The translations under genes were made by a program, and so were the position numbers. Positions 17,719 to 27,415 of a stretch of DNA of 64,000 nucleotides are shown piece after piece. Source of the stretch: Candidatus Latescibacterota bacterium. GTDB lineage: Bacteria > Latescibacterota > UBA2968 > UBA8231. Numbering within the stretch: position 1 is the first letter of the stretch; each line of letters opens with the position of its first letter. The stretch is from positions 1,920,001-1,984,000 of the forward strand of contig CBDCXV010000010.1 in NCBI GenBank assembly GCA_965223905.1. The letters run 5' to 3'. Below the pieces are notes generated by a model. It did not search any database. It was given only the letters and a program-made list of their open reading frames with translations, and was not told the DNA's origin.

Positions 17719-19746
17719 ATGAAGAAGGCAATGCTTGTCATTGTGGCGGCGCTTGTAGTAGCGCTCGCTCTGCTGTTTTCCTGCGGCCGGGAAGAAAGCC
17801 ACGCACCCACCGGCGAACGGGACGCGGCGGGGGCCGCGGTGTCCACCAACGAGCTCGGAAAGGTCGTGAACAAGAGCTACGAGTCCGTGGATCCCAGGAC
17901 CGGGGATACGGGAACGGTCGAGATTGAGCGGTTTCAGGCCTCTCCCATGTGGAAGGAGATGGTTGAGGCCGGCAAGCTCCCACCCATAGACGAGCGATTG
18001 CCTGAAGAGCCCCTGGTTATCAAGCCGATCGAGAGCATCGGGAAGTACGGCGGCTGGATGGTGAACCTGCGGACCGCCCAGCGCCGTGCCTGGTCAAGAA
18101 ATCTGCAGTACGAGTGGCTGGTCAGCTGGACCTATCCCTACTTCGAGCGCCTGAACCCCAACGTGGCCAAGGGTTGGGAAGTCTCCCCCGACACGCGAAA
18201 GACGACTTTCTTCCTGCGCAAAGGCATGAAGTGGAGCGACGGAACGCCCTTCACCGCCGACGCGATCACCTGGTGGTTCGACCACATCATCCTCAACGAC
18301 GAGCTCTACCCAATCAAACCGGGGGTGTTCATGACCAGGGGGAACCTGCCCACCGTCCGCAGGCTCAACGAAACCACGGTCGAGTTCGCATTCACGGATC
18401 CCCACCCCATGTTCGTGGAGAGCATGGCCCGGTGCCGGCCCATGCCGTACGCACCCGGACACTACCTGGAGCAGTTCCATCCCGACTTTGCCGGGAAGGA
18501 AGACATAGAGAAGATGATGGAGGAAGGCGGCTTCGACATCTGGGCCGACTTCTTCCGCAGCAAGTGGGACTTCTACGGCAATCCCGATATTCCCACCATC
18601 AGCGGCTGGAAGGCGATCAACTACCAGGAAGAAGTGATCTTCAAGGTCGAGCGGAATCCTTACTACTGGAAGGTCGACACCGAAGGCAAGCAGTTGCCCT
18701 ACGCGGACGGCATGGAATACGCTTTGGTGCAAAACGCCGAGACATGGCTCTTGAAAGTAATGGCGGGTGAGCTCACCTGGGCTTTCGGCAGCTCCATTGG
18801 CGGATTGGCCAACCTGCCGCTCGTGCTGCAGAACCAGGACAGGGGAAACTACCGGGTCGTGAACCCATATTGGCCCCCCAACAACGTCTGCACCACGTAC
18901 TTCAATTTCGTCAATTCTAATCCCGCAAAGAGGAAGATCATCAACGACCGGAAGTTCCGTCTTGCCCTGCTCAAGGCCATCGACTGGGAAGAGGTGAACG
19001 AGATCATTTACGACGGCGGCGCCGTGCCGACGTGGCCGCGATCAGTGGCGCCGTACGATCCGGATAGCCCTCTGTTCCAGACCCACATCGGCCGGGACAT
19101 CAGCGAAGCCAATCGGCTTCTGGATGAGATGGGTCTCACGGCCAGGGACAGCGACGGCTTCCGGCTCGGCCCGGACGGGAAGGAGCTCATCTTCGTGACG
19201 GTTACTATGACGAACTCGCCCCCCGAGGCCGCCGAGGTCGCTGAGCTCTATCGCGGGTACTGGCGGGAAGTGGGCATCAGGACCGTGGTCAAGTCGCAGA
19301 GCCCCCAGTTCGTCACGGAGATGATGCTAGCGGGTGAGTACGATCTCCACCTGCGCTGGGGGGCCCCGGGCGGGCGTCCCATGAACGTCTTCACTCGCGG
19401 GCAGTTGCTTCCCATCCATGGGTGGTGGTTGGTTTGCCCCCCGTGGGGCAGGTGGACGTCCAGCGGCGGCGAGGAAGGTGAGGAGCCGCCGGAGTACATC
19501 AAGCGGCTCTACGCGATCTACGAAGAGGGCATGGTCGAGCTGTCGGACGCGAAGCGCAAGGATCTCGTCATGGAGGCATTCAAGATCTACGTTGACCATC
19601 TCCTGATGCTTCCGGGATTCGAAGCGAAGCGAGCCACGTACACCGTGGTGACGAAATCGCTGCGGAACTTCAGTGTGAACGACGAGCCGTATGGAACAAC
19701 GGAGTTCCCCATTATTCCCTCGCAGACTTTCTATTTCGACGACTAG
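17719..19746 (+). CDS. ABC transporter substrate-binding lipoprotein, family 5 (Dpp/Opp type; could bind oligosaccharides)
   Basis: GAAAGGAGA RBS, lipobox LLFSC, GKLPPIDERLPEEP, FLRKGMKWSDGTPFTAD, ERNPYYWKVD. Confidence 0.9.
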   Translation: MKKAMLVIVAALVVALALLFSCGREESHAPTGERDAAGAAVSTNELGKVVNKSYESVDPRTGDTGTVEIERFQASPMWKEMVEAGKLPPIDERLPEEPLVIKPIESIGKYGGWMVNLRTAQRRAWSRNLQYEWLVSWTYPYFERLNPNVAKGWEVSPDTRKTTFFLRKGMKWSDGTPFTADAITWWFDHIILNDELYPIKPGVFMTRGNLPTVRRLNETTVEFAFTDPHPMFVESMARCRPMPYAPGHYLEQFHPDFAGKEDIEKMMEEGGFDIWADFFRSKWDFYGNPDIPTISGWKAINYQEEVIFKVERNPYYWKVDTEGKQLPYADGMEYALVQNAETWLLKVMAGELTWAFGSSIGGLANLPLVLQNQDRGNYRVVNPYWPPNNVCTTYFNFVNSNPAKRKIINDRKFRLALLKAIDWEEVNEIIYDGGAVPTWPRSVAPYDPDSPLFQTHIGRDISEANRLLDEMGLTARDSDGFRLGPDGKELIFVTVTMTNSPPEAAEVAELYRGYWREVGIRTVVKSQSPQFVTEMMLAGEYDLHLRWGAPGGRPMNVFTRGQLLPIHGWWLVCPPWGRWTSSGGEEGEEPPEYIKRLYAIYEEGMVELSDAKRKDLVMEAFKIYVDHLLMLPGFEAKRATYTVVTKSLRNFSVNDEPYGTTEFPIIPSQTFYFDD

Positions 19747-19758
19747 ACTGCCCCTACT

Positions 19759-19782
19759 GGGGACAACCTTCGGGTTGTCTCT
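19759..19782 (+). other. UUCG-tetraloop hairpin between the binding-protein and permease genes
   Basis: GACAACC-TTCG-GGTTGTC with no U-tract; position typical of an mRNA-stabilising stem. Confidence 0.5.
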
Positions 19783-19827
19783 GGTGTTTCGTGTCACTGC
19801 ACAGATCGTCCGGAGACAAGCTTTGTC

Positions 19828-20814
19828 ATGTTGCGTTTCATAGGCCGTCGTTTGCTCCTGATGGTTCCCACGCTCATCGCGATCTCCATGCTCTCGTTCC
19901 TCATCATCCAGCTTCCCCCAGGTGACTTTCTTTCCTTCTACGTGGCCAATCTGACGGAGCAAGCCGGGGAGATAGACGAAGCTGAATTGGAGGCCATCAA
20001 GGCCCGCTATGGCCTCGATCAACCCATGCCGCTGCAGTACCTGAGATGGCTGTGGGGATTCATCCGTGGAGACATGGGCAGGTCGATGCAGTGGGGAGCG
20101 CCAGTGGAGAGCCTCATCGCCGCCCGACTCCCCATGAGCATGGCAATCTCGCTTGCCTCGTTGATATTCGTCTACCTCGTGGCCATACCCATCGGGACGT
20201 ATTCCGCGACTCATCAGTACTCGATTGGTGACTACGTCTTCACGACGGTCGGTTTCATCGGATTGGCCATTCCGAACTTCTTCTTGGCGCTGGTTCTGCT
20301 CTACTATTACTACGTGGCCACTGGAGACGTCCTCGTGGGATTCTTCTCCAGAGCCTACCAGGATGCGCCGTGGAGCTTCGCCAGGCTCTGGGACATGATG
20401 AAGCACCTGTGGCTGCCCACTGTGGTGGTAGGCACCGCCGGTACCTGCGGTCTCATTCGTGTGATGCGGGCCAATCTGCTCGATGAGCTGCAGAAGCCGT
20501 ACGTTATGGTCGCTCGGTCCAAAGGGCTTTCGAGACGACGCGTTCTGTACAAGTATCCCTTCCGGATGGCGATCAATCCCATGATTAGTACCATCGGGTG
20601 GATGCTCCCCACCTTGTTCGGGGGCGAGCTCCTCGTGTCGCTGGTGCTCAACATTCCCACCATTTCTCCGTTGTTCGTGGGCGCGCTTCTGAGCCAGGAT
20701 ATGTTCCTCGCGGGATCAATCGTGATGATCGTCAGCTCGTTGACGGTGATCGGGACGCTCATATCTGATATCGCCCTGGGGTGGGTGGACCCCCGTATCC
20801 GGGAGGCCGTGTAG
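19828..20814 (+). CDS. ABC transporter permease (DppB/OppB type)
   Basis: RYGLDQP..QYLRW, ARSKGL, multiple transmembrane helices, VDPRIR end. Confidence 0.92.
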   Translation: MLRFIGRRLLLMVPTLIAISMLSFLIIQLPPGDFLSFYVANLTEQAGEIDEAELEAIKARYGLDQPMPLQYLRWLWGFIRGDMGRSMQWGAPVESLIAARLPMSMAISLASLIFVYLVAIPIGTYSATHQYSIGDYVFTTVGFIGLAIPNFFLALVLLYYYYVATGDVLVGFFSRAYQDAPWSFARLWDMMKHLWLPTVVVGTAGTCGLIRVMRANLLDELQKPYVMVARSKGLSRRRVLYKYPFRMAINPMISTIGWMLPTLFGGELLVSLVLNIPTISPLFVGALLSQDMFLAGSIVMIVSSLTVIGTLISDIALGWVDPRIREAV

Positions 20815-21918
20815 GTGAAGAAGAATACAACTGGGGATCGCCTGCTGGTCGCTTCGCAATGGCAGCTCATTCGCTGGAAGTTCTTCCGGCACAAGCTCGC
20901 CGTGGGAGCGCTGGTTGTTCTTGGTCTCTTGTACTTCGGGGCGATCTTCGCAGAGTTCGTGGCGCCCATGGATCCGACACAGATCAATGCCAGGCGCAAG
21001 CTCTGCCCGCCGACGAAGATCCACTTCAGAGACGAGAATGGCCTACACCTGCGGCCGTTTGTCTATGGTCTCACCCACACCAAGGATCCCGAGACGTTGC
21101 TGAGGACCTACTCCGAGGACAAGAGTGTCACCTATCGGATACGTTTTTTCGTTCGCTCCTCGGAGTACAAGCTGTGGGGCCTGTTCAGGAGCGAGATCCA
21201 TCTCTTCGGGGTCGAAGAAGGTGATTTCTTCCTATTCGGGACGGACCTTTATGGCCGAGACGTCTTTTCCCGCATCATCTACGGTTCTCGAATATCCCTG
21301 TCCATAGGGCTCGTGGGCATCGCACTCGGCTTTGTCTTGGGGGTATTGATTGGCGGCGTCTCCGGGTACGTGGGCGGAACCGTGGACGTGGTGATCCAGC
21401 GCATCATCGAGTTTGTCAAATCCATTCCGACCCTGCCGTTGTGGATGGGGCTGAGTGTAGCTCTCCCGCCACACTGGTCCATGATCAAGGTCTACTTCGG
21501 TATCGTGGTCATTCTTTCTCTCATTGGCTGGACGGATCTTGCCCGGGTGGTGCGCGGCAAGTTCATGGCCCTTCGGGAAGAGGACTTCGTCATGGCGGCT
21601 CGATTGCACGGAGCAGGGCAGCTCAAGATCATCCTGAAGCACATGCTGCCTTCATTCTACAGCCACATCATCGCCTCGTTGACTCTCTCGGTGCCAGGGA
21701 TGATTCTGGGTGAGAGCGCGTTGAGTTTCATAGGCCTGGGGCTGCAGGCGCCGGCCATAAGTTGGGGGGTGCTTCTGCAGCAGGCCCAGGCTATCCGGGT
21801 ATTGGCGAACGCGCCTTGGCTCATGATGCCGGGGTTGTGGATAATCGTAACGATCTTTGCGTTCAATTTCCTTGGTGACGGGTTGCGGGATGCAGCAGAC
21901 CCGTACGCGGCGGTGTGA
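20815..21918 (+). CDS. ABC transporter permease (DppC/OppC type)
   Basis: GTDLYGRDVFSRIIYGSRISL; FNFLGDGLRDAADP. Confidence 0.92.
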   Translation: MKKNTTGDRLLVASQWQLIRWKFFRHKLAVGALVVLGLLYFGAIFAEFVAPMDPTQINARRKLCPPTKIHFRDENGLHLRPFVYGLTHTKDPETLLRTYSEDKSVTYRIRFFVRSSEYKLWGLFRSEIHLFGVEEGDFFLFGTDLYGRDVFSRIIYGSRISLSIGLVGIALGFVLGVLIGGVSGYVGGTVDVVIQRIIEFVKSIPTLPLWMGLSVALPPHWSMIKVYFGIVVILSLIGWTDLARVVRGKFMALREEDFVMAARLHGAGQLKIILKHMLPSFYSHIIASLTLSVPGMILGESALSFIGLGLQAPAISWGVLLQQAQAIRVLANAPWLMMPGLWIIVTIFAFNFLGDGLRDAADPYAAV

Positions 21919-21929
21919 GGAATTTCGAT

Positions 21930-22937
21930 ATGGGGTCCAAGAGTGATGACTACCTGCTGAAGGTTGTGGACCTGGGGACCCATTTCTTCTCCCGTGAAGG
22001 GACTCTGAGGGCTGTAGATGGCGTGGACTTCGCGGTCAGACGAGGACAGACCCTGGGCATCGTCGGTGAGAGTGGGTGTGGCAAGAGTGTTACGGCGCAG
22101 TCCATTCTGCGGATAGTGCCAAAGAACGGCAAGATCGTCACCGGACAGATACTTCTGAAGACTGCAGACGCGGTCGTGGATCTCGCGCAACTCGATCCCG
22201 AAGGGGATGAGATTCGCGCCATCCAGGGTAAGGAAGTCGCCATGATCTTCCAGGAGCCCATGACATCGTTTTGCCCGGTGTACACCATCGGCAATCAGAT
22301 TACCGAAGTGATCCGGCTTCATCAGGAGGCCACCAAGGGAGAGGCTCACGAGCGGGCTCTGGACATACTACGTCACGTCAGTATGCCCAATCCTGAACAG
22401 GCCATTAATGCCTATCCCTTCAATCTCAGTGGCGGTATGCGCCAGAGAGCCATGATCGCCATGGCGCTATCGTGCCGTCCCAGCCTGCTCATCGCGGACG
22501 AACCCACCACAGCCGTGGATGTCACGATTCAGGCCCAAGTGCTCGATCTGATTTCCAGACTCCAGCGGGAGCTGGGCATGGCTGTGATCCTCATTACCCA
22601 CGATCTGGGAGTCGTTGGTGACCTGGCAGATGACGTGTTGGTCATGTATCTGGGAAGAAACGTGGAGTCGGCCGAGGCTCGCCAGCTCTTCCGCGATCCC
22701 AAGCACCCCTACACCCAGGGGCTCCTCGCATCCATTCCCAAGCTCGGTGAGGCCGGCGGGCGCAAGATAGAGCCTATTTCCGGTTCGGTGCCGAGCATCT
22801 ACGAGATGCCGAAAGGATGCAGATTTCATCCCCGTTGCCCCGAGTTCATCAGTGGTGTGTGCGACGAGCGGGAGCCGCCCTCTGTGGAGACGGCGCCGCA
22901 TCACTTTGTGAGTTGCTGGCTCTACGCGGACAGGTAG
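21930..22937 (+). CDS. ABC transporter ATP-binding protein (DppD/OppD type)
   Basis: Walker [29 protein letters not shown] and C-terminal Cys cluster. Confidence 0.93.
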   Translation: MGSKSDDYLLKVVDLGTHFFSREGTLRAVDGVDFAVRRGQTLGIVGESGCGKSVTAQSILRIVPKNGKIVTGQILLKTADAVVDLAQLDPEGDEIRAIQGKEVAMIFQEPMTSFCPVYTIGNQITEVIRLHQEATKGEAHERALDILRHVSMPNPEQAINAYPFNLSGGMRQRAMIAMALSCRPSLLIADEPTTAVDVTIQAQVLDLISRLQRELGMAVILITHDLGVVGDLADDVLVMYLGRNVESAEARQLFRDPKHPYTQGLLASIPKLGEAGGRKIEPISGSVPSIYEMPKGCRFHPRCPEFISGVCDEREPPSVETAPHHFVSCWLYADR

Positions 22938-22943
22938 GATGAG

Positions 22944-24002
22944 ATGAACAACAGAGTCCTTCTTCAAGTAGAGGATCTAAAGAAGCACTTCGTTCGAACG
23001 CACGGCCTCCGGAGAAAGGTAACGGGGATAGTGAAGGCCGTCGACGGCGTCAGCCTCCACATACGCTCCGGGGAGACCCTCGCTCTGGTGGGGGAGAGCG
23101 GCAGCGGTAAGACCACCCTGGGCCGATCGGTGCTGCGGGCGATAGAGCCGACCTCCGGATCCGTCAGCTATCGCCTGAAAGACGACACGCCCACCAACTT
23201 CCTGGCCTTGGGCAGGACAGGCTTGACGGAGATGCGCCGTCACCTGTCCATGGTATTTCAGGACCCTTACTCCTCCCTCAATCCTCGGATGAGTGTGCTG
23301 GACATCGTGGGGGAACCCCTCGTCAACTACGGCGTCATGAGGCGCCGGCGGCAGGTCCGGGAGCGGGTAGCCGAGCTCCTGCGCATGGTCCTATTGGACC
23401 CGGAGTACATGGGCAGATATCCCCACGCCTTCAGCGGCGGACAACGCCAGAGAATCGCGATTGCTCGTGCCCTGTCGTTGGATCCGCAATTCATTGTGCT
23501 CGACGAGCCGGTTTCGGCCCTCGATGTGTCGGTGCAGGCCCAAGTGCTGAATCTGCTCAAGGAGCTCCAGGACGAGCTCAACCTGACGTATCTGTTCATC
23601 GCGCACAATCTCGCCGTGATCGAGTACGTAAGCAGCCGAGTGGCGGTGATGTATGTCGGCCAGATCGTGGAGATGTCGGCGACCCAGGAAGTCTTCAGAA
23701 GTCCCCGTCACCCCTATACGGAAGCGCTCTTGTCCGCCGTTCCGAAAGGCGATCCGGACAACAGAAGCGAGCGGATCGTCCTGGAAGGTGATGTAGCGGA
23801 CCCTGCCAATCCTCCGTCGGGCTGCTACTTCCATCCCCGTTGCGGTTACGCCAAAGCCATCTGCAGGGAGCGCACGCCCGAGCTGATTGATGTGAGCGCC
23901 TCGCACGAGGCCGAGCATTTGGCGGCGTGTCATTTCGCCGAAGAGCTCAAGCTGGCCGGCGTTGGTGGACAGGGCCGGCAGGGAAAGGTGCCGACCGAAT
24001 GA
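22944..24002 (+). CDS. ABC transporter ATP-binding protein (DppF/OppF type)
   Basis: [36 protein letters not shown]. Confidence 0.93.
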   Translation: MNNRVLLQVEDLKKHFVRTHGLRRKVTGIVKAVDGVSLHIRSGETLALVGESGSGKTTLGRSVLRAIEPTSGSVSYRLKDDTPTNFLALGRTGLTEMRRHLSMVFQDPYSSLNPRMSVLDIVGEPLVNYGVMRRRRQVRERVAELLRMVLLDPEYMGRYPHAFSGGQRQRIAIARALSLDPQFIVLDEPVSALDVSVQAQVLNLLKELQDELNLTYLFIAHNLAVIEYVSSRVAVMYVGQIVEMSATQEVFRSPRHPYTEALLSAVPKGDPDNRSERIVLEGDVADPANPPSGCYFHPRCGYAKAICRERTPELIDVSASHEAEHLAACHFAEELKLAGVGGQGRQGKVPTE

Positions 24003-24075
24003 CCAGGAGAATTGTCGGGGTCGCTCAGACGCATCCGGCTGCAAGGCCGGACGGCGCCCCGGCTCGAGGCGGCGT

Positions 24076-25812
24076 TTACCGTGCAGTAGGGGCGATTCCG
24101 CTTCCCTCGCGAATCACCAGGACCCTGTTGGAAGGCAGATTCTCGAAGCGCTCGACCAGACCGCTCGGCCAGGATACTTCCAGCCGGTCTACCTCGGTAC
24201 ACTCCCCCAGACCGAAGTGGAGCCTCGGATCATTCTGCGATAAATAGCTCGAACCGCTACGCACCTCGTTGACCTGGGTCACGTTGCCGCACGTGAGTTT
24301 CACCCGAGCCCCGATGCCGTCCCTGTTGCTCTCGGTGCCTTCCGTCCGGACCAGCAGATGGTTGTTTCGATTGCCACCATCGTTGCGCAGCAGCGTCGGG
24401 AGATCGTTGAGCTCCAGGACGAATATGTCGAGGTCGCCGTCCTCATCGTAATCTCCGAAGGCGGCGCCCCTGCTTACCTTCTCGATCCGCAGTCCCGCAC
24501 CCGAGGTCTGGGATACCTCCTCGAACTTGCCATCTCCCACATTCTCGAACAGCTGGTTGGTCTGGGCATAGCGGACACCCAGGTTTGCCCTGTCGATCTG
24601 CGGATAGACATGGCCGTTGGCGACGAAAAGATCCTTGTCCCCGTCGTTGTCGTAGTCGAAGAACTCGGTGCCCCAGGCGAGGAACTGAAAGCTCTCCAAC
24701 CCCACCCCCGCATCGAACGTGAGATCCGAGAAAAACTGCCCTCCGTCGTTGTGATACAGGGTATTCGTCTCTTCCCAGAAATTGGTGACTAGTATATCCG
24801 GATATTCGTCGTTGTCGTAGTCTCCGAAAGCGATGCCCATGCACCCCTGTGACTCGCCGCCCTCGCCGTATGCCGCACCCTTCATCCAGGCCACGTCGGT
24901 GAAGGTCCCGTCGCCCGAGTTCTCGTAGAGATAGTTGGGTCCGGTATCGTTGGCCACGTAAACGTCCGCATCGCCGTCGTTGTCGTAGTCTCCCGCCACG
25001 ACGCCGAGTCCGTACAGCAAGTCGCGATCCACCAGACCGGCGGCGGCCGTCGCATCGGAAAAGACGCCGTCACCGTCGTTGCGGTAGAAGACGTCCGCTT
25101 CCCCCAGCATACCCTGCGGTCCGAAGTGGACGGTCAACCCCCGCCATTCGTGCTTCCTGTCGGGAGTCGTCGCCATGAAGTGATCGAAGTCGACGTAGTT
25201 CGCCACGTACAGGTCGAGATCACCATCGCGCTCGTAGTCGAAGAAAGCGCAGCCGGTGCTGAATGTCTCTACTCCGATTACTCCGGCGCGCTGCGCGACA
25301 TCTACGAAGCCCCCATCTGCCCGATTCTCGTACAGCCCGTTGCTGCCGTAGTTGGTCACGTAGACGTCCGCGTCCCCGTCGTTGTCGTAATCGGCGACGG
25401 CGCAACCCATCCCCCAACGGGCGTCGCCAAGGCCCGATGCTGCTGTGGCGTCCGAAAACATCGCGCCGTCGTTGCGGTAGAGGGCGTTGCGCGGACGATC
25501 CGGGCCGGAAAACCCTTCGACCGTCGACCCGTTCAGCACGTACAGGTCCAGGTCTCCGTCCCGATCGTAGTCGAAGAAGGCCGACCCCCCCATGAAGGCA
25601 TCGACCACGTACTGCTGTTCGCCATCACCGGAGACGTTCATTGTGGTGACGCCGACCTCTGCCGCGACATCGACAAACTGCACGCCCGTGCTTGGCACGG
25701 GCGCGTCGTCGGCAGCCTGCAAGTGGCCGGCGGCCAGCAAGTGGCCGCTGAGAACAATCGATATGAGAAGCTGTCTTGAGAATCCTGATCCGCGAGCCCT
25801 CCGCCAGCTCAT
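24076..25812 (-). CDS. CRTAC1-family protein (FG-GAP repeats + ASPIC/UnbV domain)
   Basis: Repeated DYDNDGDxDxYV motifs; C-terminal NRDGIGARV...SGSSYLSQNDPRLHFGLG...WPSG. Confidence 0.9.
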   Translation of the reverse strand: MSWRRARGSGFSRQLLISIVLSGHLLAAGHLQAADDAPVPSTGVQFVDVAAEVGVTTMNVSGDGEQQYVVDAFMGGSAFFDYDRDGDLDLYVLNGSTVEGFSGPDRPRNALYRNDGAMFSDATAASGLGDARWGMGCAVADYDNDGDADVYVTNYGSNGLYENRADGGFVDVAQRAGVIGVETFSTGCAFFDYERDGDLDLYVANYVDFDHFMATTPDRKHEWRGLTVHFGPQGMLGEADVFYRNDGDGVFSDATAAAGLVDRDLLYGLGVVAGDYDNDGDADVYVANDTGPNYLYENSGDGTFTDVAWMKGAAYGEGGESQGCMGIAFGDYDNDEYPDILVTNFWEETNTLYHNDGGQFFSDLTFDAGVGLESFQFLAWGTEFFDYDNDGDKDLFVANGHVYPQIDRANLGVRYAQTNQLFENVGDGKFEEVSQTSGAGLRIEKVSRGAAFGDYDEDGDLDIFVLELNDLPTLLRNDGGNRNNHLLVRTEGTESNRDGIGARVKLTCGNVTQVNEVRSGSSYLSQNDPRLHFGLGECTEVDRLEVSWPSGLVERFENLPSNRVLVIREGSGIAPTAR

Positions 25813-27338
25813 GGATCCATCTCGTCTGCCGGCTCCAGCCTGCGAACGATCTCGAACTGCTCATCCGCTTCCTGGTACCTGCCCGTCTTCAGGTAGGCGT
25901 CGCCCAGACGACGATGGTATTCGGCATTGGCAGGGTCGAGAGCGATGGCTAGCTTGTACTCGTTGATGGCACTGAGGTCGCGTCCTTGTCTCGAATACTG
26001 CACCGCGAGCTGGAAGTGGAACCGGGGGTTGTCGGGGACCAGGGCGACGCTGCGTTCGAGTTCGGCGATGTTGCCTTCGCGCTGTGTCCGGAATATCTGC
26101 ATTTCCCTCTCGCCCTTCTCGCGATTCCCTTGCTTGAAATTAGCGTTGGCGAGACCGAAGTGCGCTTCTGTGTTGAAGTAGTCGAGTTCGATGGCCTTCT
26201 CATACTCCGCGATGGCCTCTTCGGCTCTTCCGGTCCGGGTATACACAGCGCCCAGGGCGTAGTGGAAGAGCGTGTTGTCCGGCTCGCGCTCGATGGCCTG
26301 CCTGTACTGGTCGACAGCCTCCTCGTAGTTCCTGTTTCTGGAGTAGATAATGCCGAGGCGGTAGCGCGTGTACGCAAGGTCGGGATCCACCGTCAGGGTC
26401 TTCCTGTACTGCGCCGCCGCTTCCTCGTAGTTGCGCTGCCGCTCGTAGGCCATCCCGAGGTTGTGCTGGAACCAGCCGTTGTCGGGAGCCAGCTCGACCG
26501 CCGTGCGGTGTTCCTCCACGGCGGCGGCGAGTTTGTCCTGGTCTGCCATTGCCGCTCCCAAGAGCACGTGTGACTGTTCGGTGTAGACGAGCCCCAGCTT
26601 GTCGTGCACATCTGCACGACGGGGGTCGAGCCGCAGGGTTGCGGCAAATTCGTCTGCCGCTTCGCTCAGCCTGCCGATGGCCATGTACGCTTGGCCAAGG
26701 ACGTAGTGGACCGACGGTTCATTCTCGACCAGCTCAGCAGCCTGCCGCAGCTCTTCTATCGCTTCTGCGTATTTCTGTTGCTGGAGATTGATGGCTCCGA
26801 GTCGATAGCGAGAGGGGCCGTAGTCGGACTTGAGCCGGAGCACAGTCTCGAAGAGCTCCGTCGCCTCCTTGGGTTTTCCCTCCTGCGAGTAGATCATGCC
26901 GAGTCCGTGGTGAGCGGGGAAGTACGTCGGCTCGGATGCGATCACTCGTTCATAGGCATCCTTCGCTCTTTCCCGATCCTGGTGGATCAAGTAGATCTTG
27001 CCCAGCTTGTAGAGGGACGGCGCGTAGTCGGGGTCGAGCTCCAGCACTCTCTCGAATGCTGCCTCTGCCTCCCCGAATCTCTTGTGCAGAGCATGGATGA
27101 AACCGAGGCCGTCGAGAGCGCGGACGTGGGTGGAGTCCAGCTCGACGACCATCCGGTACTTCTCCTCGGCGCATCCGTAGTCGCCGCTCTGGGCACAGCG
27201 CTGTCCGAGCCGGTAGAGCCGTTCACTCTGTCGAGACGCGCCGTCGGACTCCTGGCCGAGGAGCTTCTGGGTACATGCCAGGAAACAGATGGCGAATACC
27301 ACACCGCCTACGACATTGCGAAGCTCAGTGCCGGTCAT
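25809..27338 (-). CDS. Exported tetratricopeptide-repeat protein
   Basis: More than ten TPR-like repeats (e.g. YRLGIIYSRNRNYEEAVDQYRQAIEREP); stop overlaps the CRTAC1 start. Confidence 0.9.
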   Translation of the reverse strand: MTGTELRNVVGGVVFAICFLACTQKLLGQESDGASRQSERLYRLGQRCAQSGDYGCAEEKYRMVVELDSTHVRALDGLGFIHALHKRFGEAEAAFERVLELDPDYAPSLYKLGKIYLIHQDRERAKDAYERVIASEPTYFPAHHGLGMIYSQEGKPKEATELFETVLRLKSDYGPSRYRLGAINLQQQKYAEAIEELRQAAELVENEPSVHYVLGQAYMAIGRLSEAADEFAATLRLDPRRADVHDKLGLVYTEQSHVLLGAAMADQDKLAAAVEEHRTAVELAPDNGWFQHNLGMAYERQRNYEEAAAQYRKTLTVDPDLAYTRYRLGIIYSRNRNYEEAVDQYRQAIEREPDNTLFHYALGAVYTRTGRAEEAIAEYEKAIELDYFNTEAHFGLANANFKQGNREKGEREMQIFRTQREGNIAELERSVALVPDNPRFHFQLAVQYSRQGRDLSAINEYKLAIALDPANAEYHRRLGDAYLKTGRYQEADEQFEIVRRLEPADEMDP

Positions 27339-27415
27339 GTTGCGCTGGTCTTACTGATGGTGGGCTGCTCCCTTGACGCGCGCTCCGGGGGTGGAGCTGG
27401 GGAGCTCTGTCTGCC

